From: a virus
Length of the DNA stretch: 64,000 bases
Direction: 5' to 3' (one strand)
IMG/VR virus record: IMGVR_UViG_3300020171_000022
Span: 2,449-66,448 of that record
Shown here: positions 39,282-49,415 of the stretch, piece after piece
Layout of the letters: each line of letters opens with the position of its first letter
How positions within the stretch are numbered: the first letter of the stretch is position 1
Notes under the pieces: model-generated
What the model saw: the letters and a program-made list of their open reading frames with translations, nothing else
Told to the model about the DNA's origin: nothing
The model's database searches: none
Made by a program: the position numbers and the translations under genes

Positions 39282-39470
39282 ATGACGGATACTGAGAGAA
39301 AGATTGAATCAGGAATTGATGCCCAGAGGAGAGCCAATAATTGTTTGGTGGATATTAAGAATGTTCTTGCCAAATGGAAATGCACCATTGATCCTATTAT
39401 TCAGATATCCAGTCAGGGGATCGGGAGAAGTTATGCGATTATTCCGTTAGTGGAGAGGCCGATGGGATGA
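39282..39470 (+). CDS. hypothetical protein; original 5' end at 38027-38053 is separated by the IS
   Basis: RBS GGGAGGT and 9 codons upstream of the IS are in frame with this ORF. Confidence 0.6.
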   Translation: MTDTERKIESGIDAQRRANNCLVDIKNVLAKWKCTIDPIIQISSQGIGRSYAIIPLVERPMG

Positions 39471-40315
39471 ATTGTCGATGCGGGAGACCAACGCTTACCG
39501 ATGATACGCTCTGTGCAAGATGTAGATATTACCAGAATGTGTTCAGTCCTCCAACGCCTTTGTTTGAAAGTAAAAGAGAGAGGGCGTTAAAGGCGATAAC
39601 GATGAAGAGGATGATGAAAAGTTCATCCAAAATAATGGTGGTGGAATGAAAGGCAAATGGACGGAAATATTCACCCGTTGCAAGAAATGTATTCTGGAAA
39701 TTCGTTTGTACTTTAGTGATTTTTTATTGGAACTTGCATTTTTGGTTGTTCCAAAAAATAGAGAAGATATAGAGTTTATTAAGAAATCCTGCGAATGGCA
39801 TCTATGGAATGTTAAAGATTTTATGAAATGTAAATGGGAGTTATTTATTGAAAGGAAAGTGGACTGAAATTTATACTCGTCGAGAAAAGGACATCTCTGG
39901 TCATTTAGAAAAGACAGACGGGATTGACCACGGGCAGGGATGGGCTTGCACCTGTGGATGTAATAAACGTGTGCCTCATCGAAAACATAGTGATGGACAA
40001 CCAAAGGATGTTTGTGTTAATGGATATATACCGACTACGGGTGGAGCGAGTGAGATGTATCGGGAAAATTACGATCTGATAGATTGGTCAATTGAATGAA
40101 ATGTAAACGGTGTGAATGCGAATTGGAAGATATGGGGGATTATGAGCGATGAGCGAATTCGAGAAGAAACTCATTATTGATATTTTAAAGGCATTAAAAG
40201 GAGTACAAAAGAAACTTCAAGAATTAATAAGTAAGTAGCCTAACACTCAGTAATGCACGAGACTAAAGGCCGCACGGTGTGAACCGATGTGGTCTTTTTT
40301 TATGGAAGGAATGAG

Positions 40316-42211
40316 ATGGCAGAAAATATAGAGAATATTGACGACAAAGAATTGAAGGAACGAGAAGAAGCGACAGATGCTCTTGCAGGAGAAGACGAGA
40401 AACATTTCGTTGATTATTGCATCGAATCAGCAAGGGAGTCCCGTGATTCCCGCAGGGATGTCCTCAACGCTATGTCCCTTCTCTGGGATGCCTACCAGAA
40501 CATGATGGATTTCGGAGATAAGGAAGAATGGCAGTCCAGGGTGGTGACGAACAAACCATTTGCTGCAGTAGAGCGTGCCATCGCCATTATCCGCAAGGCG
40601 TTTAAGAATCCCAATTATATTACCGCTGAAGGAATAGAGGTTGAGGACAAGGATATGTCCGAGGAAGTAAAGAAGGCCATGATTTACTGGTGTTCTCCTC
40701 AGAAAGTAGACTTCCCCAGAAAGTTCTCCAACGCAGGCAGGATGGCAATGGCGGTTGGGCTGTCCCTGGAATTAATTCCAAGATGGGAAAATCAACTTGT
40801 GTTGGATTGGACGGAACCGTGGAAGATACTTCGTGACCCTGATGCACTTCCTGGGGAACCCTGGTCTGGAAATTACTGGATTCACGAAGAATGGATAGAC
40901 AAATGGAAACTGGAGGAAGAAGGTAAAAAAGGATACTACATTAATATTGATGAGGTAAAAGAAGGGGGAACGGAAACTGGTCTGGAATCCAACAAGGAAG
41001 AAATTGAGAGACGGAAGAAGATGTTCTGGACGAGATCATCCTTCAGAAAATCCGTCCTTGTTCGAGAATTTAACGGTGTGGTGCTTGATAAAAAAGGCAA
41101 ATTGCTTCTTCCTAACGCCAAATATACAGTAGCGGCAGAAACACTTATTCGTAAACCCTCCGTCATTCCTTTCGTTAATATCCGGTGGCCTGGCAGTTCT
41201 TTTTCTCCGCTTCCTCATATCCTTCGTTATGATGGTAGGGGATTGATCGAAGGCGTTTTTGAGATTTGGAAGATGCTTAACAAAATGCTGTCTCTTACGA
41301 TGGATGATTTTTCATGGGTCGTGAACAGGATGAGGGAAATAGTTCCCGAATTACTCCTTGATCCCACCGATTTGGAGATATATCCAGGAAAAGACTTATA
41401 TCGTTCCACCGACCAGTTGGATCAACCCGTAGTTCGTGACCTTCTTGTAAACTCCAACATTGATAAAATCCTTGCCGTTGCGCAATACATGGCTCAGCAG
41501 ATTGATAATGGAGACTTTGTATCCGAATTTGTATCAGGACTGCCCGGGAGCCGGTCACAAATTACAAAAGGAGAGGTAGAGATTAAGACGGAGCAGAATC
41601 TTGGAATATTTGACTCCATCGGGACAGAGGTGGAGTCTGGCGCTGTAAATGCGGGTTATGCAATGTATGAGACTATGATACTAAATTGGAATAAGGAATC
41701 TCGTCCATCTCCAGTCAGAGTGTTGGGAGAAAATCCATTTACACTATTTCTCGAAGGTGCGAGTCTCGATGAGAAGAAGGAGTTCCTGAAAGAGAATTGC
41801 GATATCCGTATTGTAGGGATTTCAGCACAGTTACAGAGAGAGGAAAAAGTGAAACTGTTAATGGCTCTGAAACAATATGCGGAGAGTCCGTTATTTAATC
41901 CTTTCTTCAAACCAAAAGAATTACTGGATGAGACGGTTGGAGCATTAGGAATGTATCGAGCACCATTTATTAAGACAGAACAAGAATTAATGCAGACACA
42001 AACCGGACAACAATTAGTTGAGATTCTCGGTAAGTTGGCCGCCTCCGGTGGGCCTGAAGTTAAGGCAAGGATACAGCAGTTCATAAGTTCGGTTTCTGGA
42101 GGCGGTGGAATGGCTCCAGAGGTTGGCGGAGGTAATGGTGGAGAGGCTGGTGGAGGTTTACCCACTGGTGGTGAAATTCCAGTTCCTCCAGAACAAACAC
42201 CTACCGTATAA
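40316..42211 (+). CDS. portal protein
   Basis: ~630 aa after terminase; WQSRV, helical and acidic, Gly/Pro-rich tail typical of podovirus portals. Confidence 0.8.
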   Translation: MAENIENIDDKELKEREEATDALAGEDEKHFVDYCIESARESRDSRRDVLNAMSLLWDAYQNMMDFGDKEEWQSRVVTNKPFAAVERAIAIIRKAFKNPNYITAEGIEVEDKDMSEEVKKAMIYWCSPQKVDFPRKFSNAGRMAMAVGLSLELIPRWENQLVLDWTEPWKILRDPDALPGEPWSGNYWIHEEWIDKWKLEEEGKKGYYINIDEVKEGGTETGLESNKEEIERRKKMFWTRSSFRKSVLVREFNGVVLDKKGKLLLPNAKYTVAAETLIRKPSVIPFVNIRWPGSSFSPLPHILRYDGRGLIEGVFEIWKMLNKMLSLTMDDFSWVVNRMREIVPELLLDPTDLEIYPGKDLYRSTDQLDQPVVRDLLVNSNIDKILAVAQYMAQQIDNGDFVSEFVSGLPGSRSQITKGEVEIKTEQNLGIFDSIGTEVESGAVNAGYAMYETMILNWNKESRPSPVRVLGENPFTLFLEGASLDEKKEFLKENCDIRIVGISAQLQREEKVKLLMALKQYAESPLFNPFFKPKELLDETVGALGMYRAPFIKTEQELMQTQTGQQLVEILGKLAASGGPEVKARIQQFISSVSGGGGMAPEVGGGNGGEAGGGLPTGGEIPVPPEQTPTV

Positions 42212-42230
42212 AAAATAGGAGGATCGTAAA

Positions 42231-42731
42231 ATGGGTATAGGAAGATATATAGTAACAGGTTGCGATAGTTCCGAAATAACCTCGAACAAAGATGGTTCAG
42301 TAATGGAAAGACTTGAGGAATTGCGTAATCTCATATTGTTTATAGGGGGAAAAGGTTCTCCGAGCCTGAGTCCATCGGTCTCTCCGTCGGTATCCCCAAG
42401 TGGGTCTCCATCTGTGTCTCCATCTATATCACCAAGTTTATCTCCGTCGGAATCGCCAAGTGGATCGCCCTCAGTTTCGCCATCTTTTTCTCCAAGTGTG
42501 AGTCCTTCAGGGTCTCCGTCAGAATCACCGAGTTTGTCGCTGAGTCTCAGTCCCTCTGAATCACCATCTGAGTCACCGAGTCTCAGTCCAAGTGCTTCTG
42601 AGTCTCCAAGTGTATCAGCCTCGGCGAGTCCAAGTGAATCTCCCAGTGAATCTCCAAGTCTGAGTCCAAGTGCTTCAGTATCGCCTTCTGAATCACCCTC
42701 AGCATCACCGTCAGTTTCACCCAGTACTTAA
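42231..42731 (+). CDS. Ser-Pro repeat protein
   Basis: ~40 aa head followed by ~120 aa SPSx repeat. Confidence 0.75.
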   Translation: MGIGRYIVTGCDSSEITSNKDGSVMERLEELRNLILFIGGKGSPSLSPSVSPSVSPSGSPSVSPSISPSLSPSESPSGSPSVSPSFSPSVSPSGSPSESPSLSLSLSPSESPSESPSLSPSASESPSVSASASPSESPSESPSLSPSASVSPSESPSASPSVSPST

Positions 42732-43096
42732 TGGGAGATAATAGAGTGGAAAATAACGTAACAAGTTCAGGTAGTTGTCGCAGATGCGGAAATTGTTGTA
42801 GATATCATATTTTTGAGCCATGGCAGTTCAAAAATGATATGGAATGGCTAAAAGTTAGACAGGGTTGGATGTCTGGCAAACTTGCCGTAGTTCCAACACT
42901 CCCGTGTCAACATCTCAAGGGTAATGATTGTATGATTCACGACCGTAAACCCTCATTTTGTAAGGATTATCCTGGTAAGCAAGAGGACTGTATCCCTGAG
43001 TGGATGGATGCAATGGGATGTAAATTCTTTGAGGAGGAAGAGAATGGGAAAAAAGAGTTTAAAAGGACAGAAGAAAGTGCAAGTAGTAATGCATGA
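42731..43096 (+). CDS. YkgJ-like Cys-cluster protein
   Basis: CRRCGNCC...CQHL...CMIHDRKPSFCKDYP. Confidence 0.8.
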   Translation: MGDNRVENNVTSSGSCRRCGNCCRYHIFEPWQFKNDMEWLKVRQGWMSGKLAVVPTLPCQHLKGNDCMIHDRKPSFCKDYPGKQEDCIPEWMDAMGCKFFEEEENGKKEFKRTEESASSNA

Positions 43097-43268
43097 ATTC
43101 AAAAAAGGAACTCTTCATTCTGGTAGTGGGGAGATAGTTAAAAACCCAAAACAGGCGATAGCAATCGCAATGTCTGAAGCAGGATTAAGCAAATCACAAA
43201 AGAAATCAACCAAAGGCAGTCCAGAATTCACCGATACAGAAATGTGTCAAGGTTACAGAAAAATATAG
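43044..43268 (+). CDS. small basic protein (DUF6496-like)
   Basis: KKVQVVMHEFKKGTLHSGSG...QAIAIAMSEAG. Confidence 0.75.
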   Translation: MGKKSLKGQKKVQVVMHEFKKGTLHSGSGEIVKNPKQAIAIAMSEAGLSKSQKKSTKGSPEFTDTEMCQGYRKI

Positions 43269-43488
43269 GAGGTAGAAAGATGGCAAAGCAGAGTGTGGAA
43301 TCAGATGTATCGAGCGTAGAGGGAGCGTTGGCCCAGGTAAACCAGACAACTGGAGCAAGGAAGCCGAGAAGTAAAATCCTTGCACAAAATGATCCCGTAA
43401 CCCCGAAGGGATATACCAAGTTGGGATCAGGTGGGTTTCCCAGAGACGGTAAACCTCATGCCACGGACAATCGTGGGGAGGGAAGTGC

Positions 43489-43932
43489 ATGATGGCCGAC
43501 TTGTACGGCTATTCAACCAGAGAACCTTTTGAATCGGAGACAAAGTATTTTAGTGAGAATCCGAATATTGCGGGGATGGGCACCGAGGACAAAAAGATAA
43601 TACTTAATCCCCACAGGACTTTTACTGATGTTGAGAAACAATCTGTACTCAAGAATGAGGCAATCAGGTTATGGATGAAGGACAGAAATATAACTCCAGA
43701 TTTTGAACTTACCCCTGAGCAGGTGAAGACATTTAAGGGGACTCCTTACGAGAAGGATGAACTGGCTCTCAAACACTCTATCATATCAAGGATATTGAGT
43801 GGAGATCCTTCTGCGGGGGTTATAACTCCAGATCAACAGGGTTGGGCTGACAAGGTAAAGGTAATGCTGGAGAAAAAGGACACCTTAGGGGGCATGATTG
43901 ATTCTGTTAATAATTCACGAATTTTAAAGTGA
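43489..43932 (+). CDS. hypothetical protein
   Basis: 147 aa in the late operon. Confidence 0.6.
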   Translation: MMADLYGYSTREPFESETKYFSENPNIAGMGTEDKKIILNPHRTFTDVEKQSVLKNEAIRLWMKDRNITPDFELTPEQVKTFKGTPYEKDELALKHSIISRILSGDPSAGVITPDQQGWADKVKVMLEKKDTLGGMIDSVNNSRILK

Positions 43933-43941
43933 GGCGACATT

Positions 43942-44250
43942 GTGACTGAAGTTAATCCGGTAACCGGATACCCGAAGGAAGAATCAGAGAAGGATGGTAA
44001 CGTCGAGAAGTATAATCGGCTTAATGACCAGAAGGGGCGGTCTGACCAGTTACAGGCCGATTTGGAAAGCGAAAGCGGGAAGACGATCCTTAACTGTATT
44101 CAGGAGCAATTATTGGCGAGGGTGAATCATCTCATAGAATCTGACCCAGAATCCATGGCTCTGAAGAGACTTATTATCTCAATGGGTTTGACGCTAAATA
44201 TTGGGGCGAAAGCGGTAGAATCATTAATGAAAATTTTAACTAAGAAATAG
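43942..44250 (+). CDS. hypothetical protein
   Basis: 102 aa helical protein between portal and scaffold. Confidence 0.6.
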   Translation: MTEVNPVTGYPKEESEKDGNVEKYNRLNDQKGRSDQLQADLESESGKTILNCIQEQLLARVNHLIESDPESMALKRLIISMGLTLNIGAKAVESLMKILTKK

Positions 44251-44784
44251 ATTGGGATAGTGTTTTTTATTATAGTATCTGTTTCTTTCGTATTGGATAG
44301 CACAGACTTTGTGGTAAGAATTGGAGACGTTTTGTGGCTGGTCATATTGCTTACAGTATTTACACTTGCGCCAGTTGGAATGTCCACAGGCGTTTAATGC
44401 TCTCATTCGTTGGTGTAGCACCCTATGATAGGCATCACTTTCACATATAATCAAATCGGTAGCGTTTTTTATCGAGGGATGATGATGAATGACAACGCCT
44501 CTCGGAAGTGGGTGACCGAGGACTTTTTCGGCAATCAAGATATGCTCAAATACATACCCCCTGCTTGCCCTTGGGTGATTCGGAGATTTGACCATTACAT
44601 AGCCTTGGCGTTTTACGCTTTTTCCACCATTCCAGTTGTGATGTTTTGGGCCACGATAAGACGTATTTTTATGGGATTCGCTCATCTTTTGTCTTGTCTC
44701 AAACGAGAGAATTGTTCCTTCTTTAGCTTCACTAAGTTTTTTCTTGGTTTCATCAGAATGGTGAAATCCTTTAGCTCTGGGCAT
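44236..44784 (-). CDS. NUMOD3-HNH homing endonuclease
   Basis: HSDETKKKLSEA, ETRQKMSESH, HHNWNGG, GYVFEHILIAEKVLG. Confidence 0.88.
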   Translation of the reverse strand: MPRAKGFHHSDETKKKLSEAKEGTILSFETRQKMSESHKNTSYRGPKHHNWNGGKSVKRQGYVMVKSPNHPRASRGYVFEHILIAEKVLGHPLPRGVVIHHHPSIKNATDLIICESDAYHRVLHQRMRALNACGHSNWRKCKYCKQYDQPQNVSNSYHKVCAIQYERNRYYNKKHYPNLFLS

Positions 44785-44954
44785 ATCTTATTTCTCCTTT
44801 TTCGCTTTGTCCCACCAAGCCGTTTTACACTTGGGGCATTTGCGAACATCTTCCATTCTTGGAATCCAAGAATAGTTGCATCGTTTACAATGAAGTTTTG
44901 GAGGAAGTTTTATTTTCATACTTTTACTATACCTTATAAGGAATATTTTGTCAA

Positions 44955-45577
44955 GTGGGCCTGAATAAGATACCCCACATTATTGGAAGTGGCCCCGAAA
45001 GGATACGCCAAGACGATTAACAATTTGATGCTCCGAAGTCTAACGGGAGATTTTATGCTCCCAAGCGATAAGGGGAATAAGGAGAAAATAAAATGGCAGA
45101 GTCAGCAAGTTTAAGTCCAAGTGTAAGCCCAAGTGTATCGCCAAGCGCAAGTCCCAGCGCAAGTCCCAGTGCTTCACCTTCTCCGATTCCTGCTGCTGGA
45201 GTAACTTATACGATTCGTGAAAGGATAAGGATTGGGAAAAAATATATGGTTTTTGCTGCAATAGTATTCGGGGGCACTAACGAATATTATCCAAATGGTG
45301 GGATAGCATTAACGACAGGAAGCCTTGGATTAAGAGATACTGTGAATGCTGTAGTAATCCTGGAGTCTAATGCAACCGCATATGATTATGAATGGGATAG
45401 ATCAGCAAACACTATTCGCATGAAAGATAATACTCATGCGGAGATTGATGATGCTTCATTAGCATCGGAGATCACTCTTGAATTACTAGTGATTGGCTGG
45501 TAGTAAAATCTTAACCCAGCGAACCTTTATGTAGATACTTCGCTGGAAATATCCCCCCAGTCAATGGGATACGGATA
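44955..45577 (+). promoter_or_regulatory. four ATAC-bulge hairpins in head-gene leaders
   Basis: copies at 44955-44978, 44990-45010, 45516-45546, 45550-45577 with different stems and the same bulge. Confidence 0.55.
45093..45503 (+). CDS. putative head decoration protein with N-terminal Ser-Pro tract
   Basis: SPSx repeat then YPNGGIAL beta-rich domain. Confidence 0.65.
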   Translation: MAESASLSPSVSPSVSPSASPSASPSASPSPIPAAGVTYTIRERIRIGKKYMVFAAIVFGGTNEYYPNGGIALTTGSLGLRDTVNAVVILESNATAYDYEWDRSANTIRMKDNTHAEIDDASLASEITLELLVIGW

Positions 45578-45588
45578 AGGAGGATAAT

Positions 45589-46452
45589 ATGGCAGGAAAA
45601 GTATTAACAGAAGACGATTTCAACAAAGGTGGAGACCCTACGAAAGAGGATACTTCTTCACAATCCATACCCGCCGATCAGAAGTTTGATCAAGACGGTA
45701 AGGCAATTGTAGAAGAACCCGAAAAGGTTGAGACTCCCAAAGAGGAAGAAGCCAAGGTAGAACCTCTACCTAAACCTTCAGATGAATTTAAACCCAAACA
45801 TAAAACTTGGGAAGAAACGGAAAAGGCTCGCGTAGAACTGGAACGGGGATTTCACGATAAGTCCATGCGAGCATCTGAGCTTGAGAAGAAGGTTGCTCAA
45901 TACGAGAAACCTGTGGAGAAGCCAGTTCCCACCGAGGATGAACGTATTGCTGAGATCACGGATGAAGCACTTGCGAAGATCAATGCCTTACCTGCGGACT
46001 CTCTAACAAGGGATAGGGATGCGGCTATCGTTTGGGGAAAGGCTCAACGCAAGATATCCAGATTAGAGATTGATGAAACCAACAAACAGTTTCAGTCCGA
46101 GAGAGAGATAGTGACTAAGACATACGAAAAAGCGCAGAGAGAAGGCATTAAGACAGACGCGGAACTTCGTATTCTTGGTTTTGAGTATTCAAAAACAGAC
46201 GCATTTCTTGGTTCGGATGAAAGAATCAATCAAGCCGTGGAGAGCACCAAAGGGATTCTGGCACAGATTCGTGAAGGGTTTGTCAGAGATCAGGAACGGG
46301 ATAAAAAAGAGAAAGATGATCTGAAGGTATTAGGTAGGGGTTCTACCCGAAAGGAAACAAAAGAAGAAAAAGAAGGTAAGCCAGTAACGATGTCACAACA
46401 GCTGGCTGAACTTAACGAGAAGCGGAGGATGACGAAAGATGACCTCCGCTAA
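45589..46452 (+). CDS. capsid scaffolding protein
   Basis: acidic coiled coil directly upstream of the capsid gene. Confidence 0.7.
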   Translation: MAGKVLTEDDFNKGGDPTKEDTSSQSIPADQKFDQDGKAIVEEPEKVETPKEEEAKVEPLPKPSDEFKPKHKTWEETEKARVELERGFHDKSMRASELEKKVAQYEKPVEKPVPTEDERIAEITDEALAKINALPADSLTRDRDAAIVWGKAQRKISRLEIDETNKQFQSEREIVTKTYEKAQREGIKTDAELRILGFEYSKTDAFLGSDERINQAVESTKGILAQIREGFVRDQERDKKEKDDLKVLGRGSTRKETKEEKEGKPVTMSQQLAELNEKRRMTKDDLR

Positions 46453-46469
46453 TAAAAAGGAGGATTATT

Positions 46470-47429
46470 ATGGGTGCTTTTACATGGGTAGGATCATTTG
46501 CAAGTGGTGTGCTGAAAAGCCACGCTCTTTCAAAAGAATTAAGATATGCGGCAGTTGCAGAATTTGAAATTGCTCAGTTCTGTCGCTCGGAACCAGGTTT
46601 CGGCCGCAAATTGGGTGATACTATCACTATCACAAAAATCAAGAACCTTGCTGTCCCTACTTCGGCAGCATTGTCGGAACATGAGGACATTCCGATTGAT
46701 ACTTTGTCAATCGGGACAACCGGAATCACAGTGGCAGCCCTCGGTCGTGGGGTTGAATACACATCCCTCGCTGATGAATTGTCATTCTTCGAGATCAAGA
46801 CTCCGATTCAGAAGAAGTTACGGGATCAGTTATCGCAGGTCAACGATAACCTCGCAGCCACAGCCTTCAAGACTACTTATGTTGTTGCCACTCCAGTCTC
46901 AGCCACCGGAATTACATGGTTGAAAGATGGAACAGCTACTACGGTTGCAACAAACAATATGAGCGTGGCTCATTGTGGGGTAATAAGGGATTATCTCAAG
47001 GATACCCTACTTGTTCCTGCATATGAGAAGGGTAACTTCATCGGACTTGGTTCCACAAAGTTACTTCGTGGAATTAAAAACGACCCCGATTTTCAAATCT
47101 GGAGACAGTGGCTCCGGCCTGGGGATGTTCTGTTCAACTCCGAAGTTGGGATGGTTGAGCAGATCAGGTGGATCGAGATCAACAACACATCCGCCCTTTC
47201 CAATGCTAAGGGAGTCGCAGGAGTATTAGGTGAAGGACTCGTTTTCGGGGATGATGGAGTAGCGCTCGCCGAGGTGGAAACACCAGAGTTAAGGGCTGCA
47301 ATCCCTGGTAACTTCGGTAGGTATCAAGCAGTAGCGTGGTACGGAGTTTTAGCTTACGGCTTGATATGGTCATTAACGAGTTCGGCAGGTGAGTGCAGAG
47401 TGGTGTATATAACTGGAGCCGCTGCGTAA
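46470..47429 (+). CDS. major capsid protein
   Basis: 319 aa; GDTITI, SEVG..EQIRWIE, NFGRYQAVAWYG pattern of N4-gp56-like capsids. Confidence 0.85.
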   Translation: MGAFTWVGSFASGVLKSHALSKELRYAAVAEFEIAQFCRSEPGFGRKLGDTITITKIKNLAVPTSAALSEHEDIPIDTLSIGTTGITVAALGRGVEYTSLADELSFFEIKTPIQKKLRDQLSQVNDNLAATAFKTTYVVATPVSATGITWLKDGTATTVATNNMSVAHCGVIRDYLKDTLLVPAYEKGNFIGLGSTKLLRGIKNDPDFQIWRQWLRPGDVLFNSEVGMVEQIRWIEINNTSALSNAKGVAGVLGEGLVFGDDGVALAEVETPELRAAIPGNFGRYQAVAWYGVLAYGLIWSLTSSAGECRVVYITGAAA

Positions 47430-47496
47430 GCCTTGACATTCCTTTCCCAACTTGAAACTGAGTTGGCAAAACTAAAAGAGTAAAAGGAGGTTTATT

Positions 47497-47958
47497 ATGT
47501 GGGGTGGAAAGCAATTGAAAACATTTGAAGGAGGAGGTGCGGCAGGAGCTGCACAGTCACTTACGTCAGGTGCTACAATTCATACGTGGACAATTCCGGT
47601 TAGGTGTAGACCTATCCGAGTTGGGTTCACTCTAACAACCGCTGTCACAGTCCAGTCTGCTATTCTGCGGTTCGATGTGATTAATCGTACGGTTGCCGCA
47701 GTTGCACAGACCACTACGTCTGGAGGTTGTGGCACAATTACCATGCCCGTTTCTACGGCAGGAATTGGGAAAGCCTATTACGAAAATACCGACTATGTTG
47801 CAGCAGGGACAGGAGCATGGAACGAGTATCTTGAAGAAGGTGATCGGGTTGCCGCCGTGGTTAGTCAGGCATCTACGGCAGGTGCAGGAGTTCCTTTCCT
47901 GGTTGTAGAAATTGATCCCGAACAACCTGCTAACAATAGTTCGATGATTGCTGGCTAA
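47497..47958 (+). CDS. putative capsid decoration protein
   Basis: Ala/Thr/Gly-rich beta protein after the capsid gene. Confidence 0.55.
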   Translation: MWGGKQLKTFEGGGAAGAAQSLTSGATIHTWTIPVRCRPIRVGFTLTTAVTVQSAILRFDVINRTVAAVAQTTTSGGCGTITMPVSTAGIGKAYYENTDYVAAGTGAWNEYLEEGDRVAAVVSQASTAGAGVPFLVVEIDPEQPANNSSMIAG

Positions 47959-48038
47959 TCGTCAGTAAGTATTTAATCAATGGGGGAGGATACGAGGTTC
48001 GCCTCCCCTCCCTCAAATTTAATTAAACGGGAGGTTTT

Positions 48039-48773
48039 ATGGCACAGGCACAAGTAAGGACGTTCCCTGGATATGGTGTGGTTTATCCAGATGGGGTATC
48101 AGGGATTAAAGTGGTAGGAACATTTACGCAGGGGCCGTTGAAGATTGTCAATCCAGACGGTAGTGTGGCGTATACTACTCCTGCTCCCACTATCCATGAA
48201 CTATTCGGAGGTGGTTTTGTATATTCCAGTGGTAGTCCCGTAACCAAAAGAGAACATCTGGAGATATTGCCAGGTGGAATGCGTGAGAGAGCACTTAAAT
48301 GGTTTGATGGGAGTGGGGAACTATCGGTTGTTGCAAAGGAAGATATTCCACCTCTCAATCTGGATGAGAAGCAAAGGCCTGAACCTGTTTATGTACTTTC
48401 TTCTGAATTACCTATGAAGAAGGATGTAATAAGAGAAGATTTAGATATTCAGGCATTAAGCGGTCCGCCTCCAGTCGATTTTCCAAAAATAATTAATTCG
48501 GTTTTTGATGCAATTAAAGACCTTACTAATACGTTAAGGGAACAGGGGAAGCAAATAGTGGAACTCAAGAAACGTCCGAAGGCTCCGAGAAGGATGGCTA
48601 TCAGCGAAGCAAAGCATGGTAAACAATCTTTGGCAATGAAAGCCAGATGGGCTGATCCTGTGTATAAAGCCAAGATGACCTCCAAAGGAATGTTGGCAAA
48701 ATGGAAGGATAAGGGGGTAGGAGAGAATTTAAGAGATAAAAAGAGGGATGAGAATGGGAAAGACGCTACCTAA
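48039..48773 (+). CDS. hypothetical protein
   Basis: 244 aa, RBS GGAGG. Confidence 0.65.
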   Translation: MAQAQVRTFPGYGVVYPDGVSGIKVVGTFTQGPLKIVNPDGSVAYTTPAPTIHELFGGGFVYSSGSPVTKREHLEILPGGMRERALKWFDGSGELSVVAKEDIPPLNLDEKQRPEPVYVLSSELPMKKDVIREDLDIQALSGPPPVDFPKIINSVFDAIKDLTNTLREQGKQIVELKKRPKAPRRMAISEAKHGKQSLAMKARWADPVYKAKMTSKGMLAKWKDKGVGENLRDKKRDENGKDAT

Positions 48774-48860
48774 ACCAGTTAAGATATGTAGGAAGTGTAA
48801 ACAGATTTTTGTGGACGATGACTTGTATCGTGGAACTTGCCCAAACTGCGGGAGTAAATC

Positions 48861-49415
48861 GTGATCGTGGGAAATGGGGATATCGCAACTGCTATACGAG
48901 ATGGAGGTTTAGATAAGGATAAATTTATCTTCTTCTGTTCAGGGGTTTCTAATAGTGCAGAAATTCGTGAATCCGAATATCAGAGGGAGATTGACTTGCT
49001 CTGGGAACAGGATATATCAAAACATCTGGTTTACTTTAGTTCATTATCAATTTTTTATTCTGATTCTCGTTATGCACATCATAAGAAGAAAATGGAATTA
49101 TTGGTTAAGGGAAGTTTTGAACACTACACAATTACCAGGATGGGAAATATCACATGGGGCTCAAATCCCTGCACTCTTATAAACTTTATAAGGAACAAAA
49201 TCAGAACCCGAGAGCCATTCGATGTCAAGGATGTCTACCGATACGTTCTGGAAAAGGATGAGTTTCTTTACTGGATTAATCTGATTCCCGATTGGTCATG
49301 CGAGATGAATATTATTGGAAAACGCATGAAGGTTAAAGACATCATCAAGGAATATTGTTATCCATGGAGATTCGATGGCTCTATTGAGTATAATTATACC
49401 TTCTCGCAACTGTAA
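48861..49415 (+). CDS. truncated NAD-dependent epimerase-like protein
   Basis: MIVGNGDIA, SGVSNS, VYFSS, YAHHK. Confidence 0.7.
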   Translation: MIVGNGDIATAIRDGGLDKDKFIFFCSGVSNSAEIRESEYQREIDLLWEQDISKHLVYFSSLSIFYSDSRYAHHKKKMELLVKGSFEHYTITRMGNITWGSNPCTLINFIRNKIRTREPFDVKDVYRYVLEKDEFLYWINLIPDWSCEMNIIGKRMKVKDIIKEYCYPWRFDGSIEYNYTFSQL

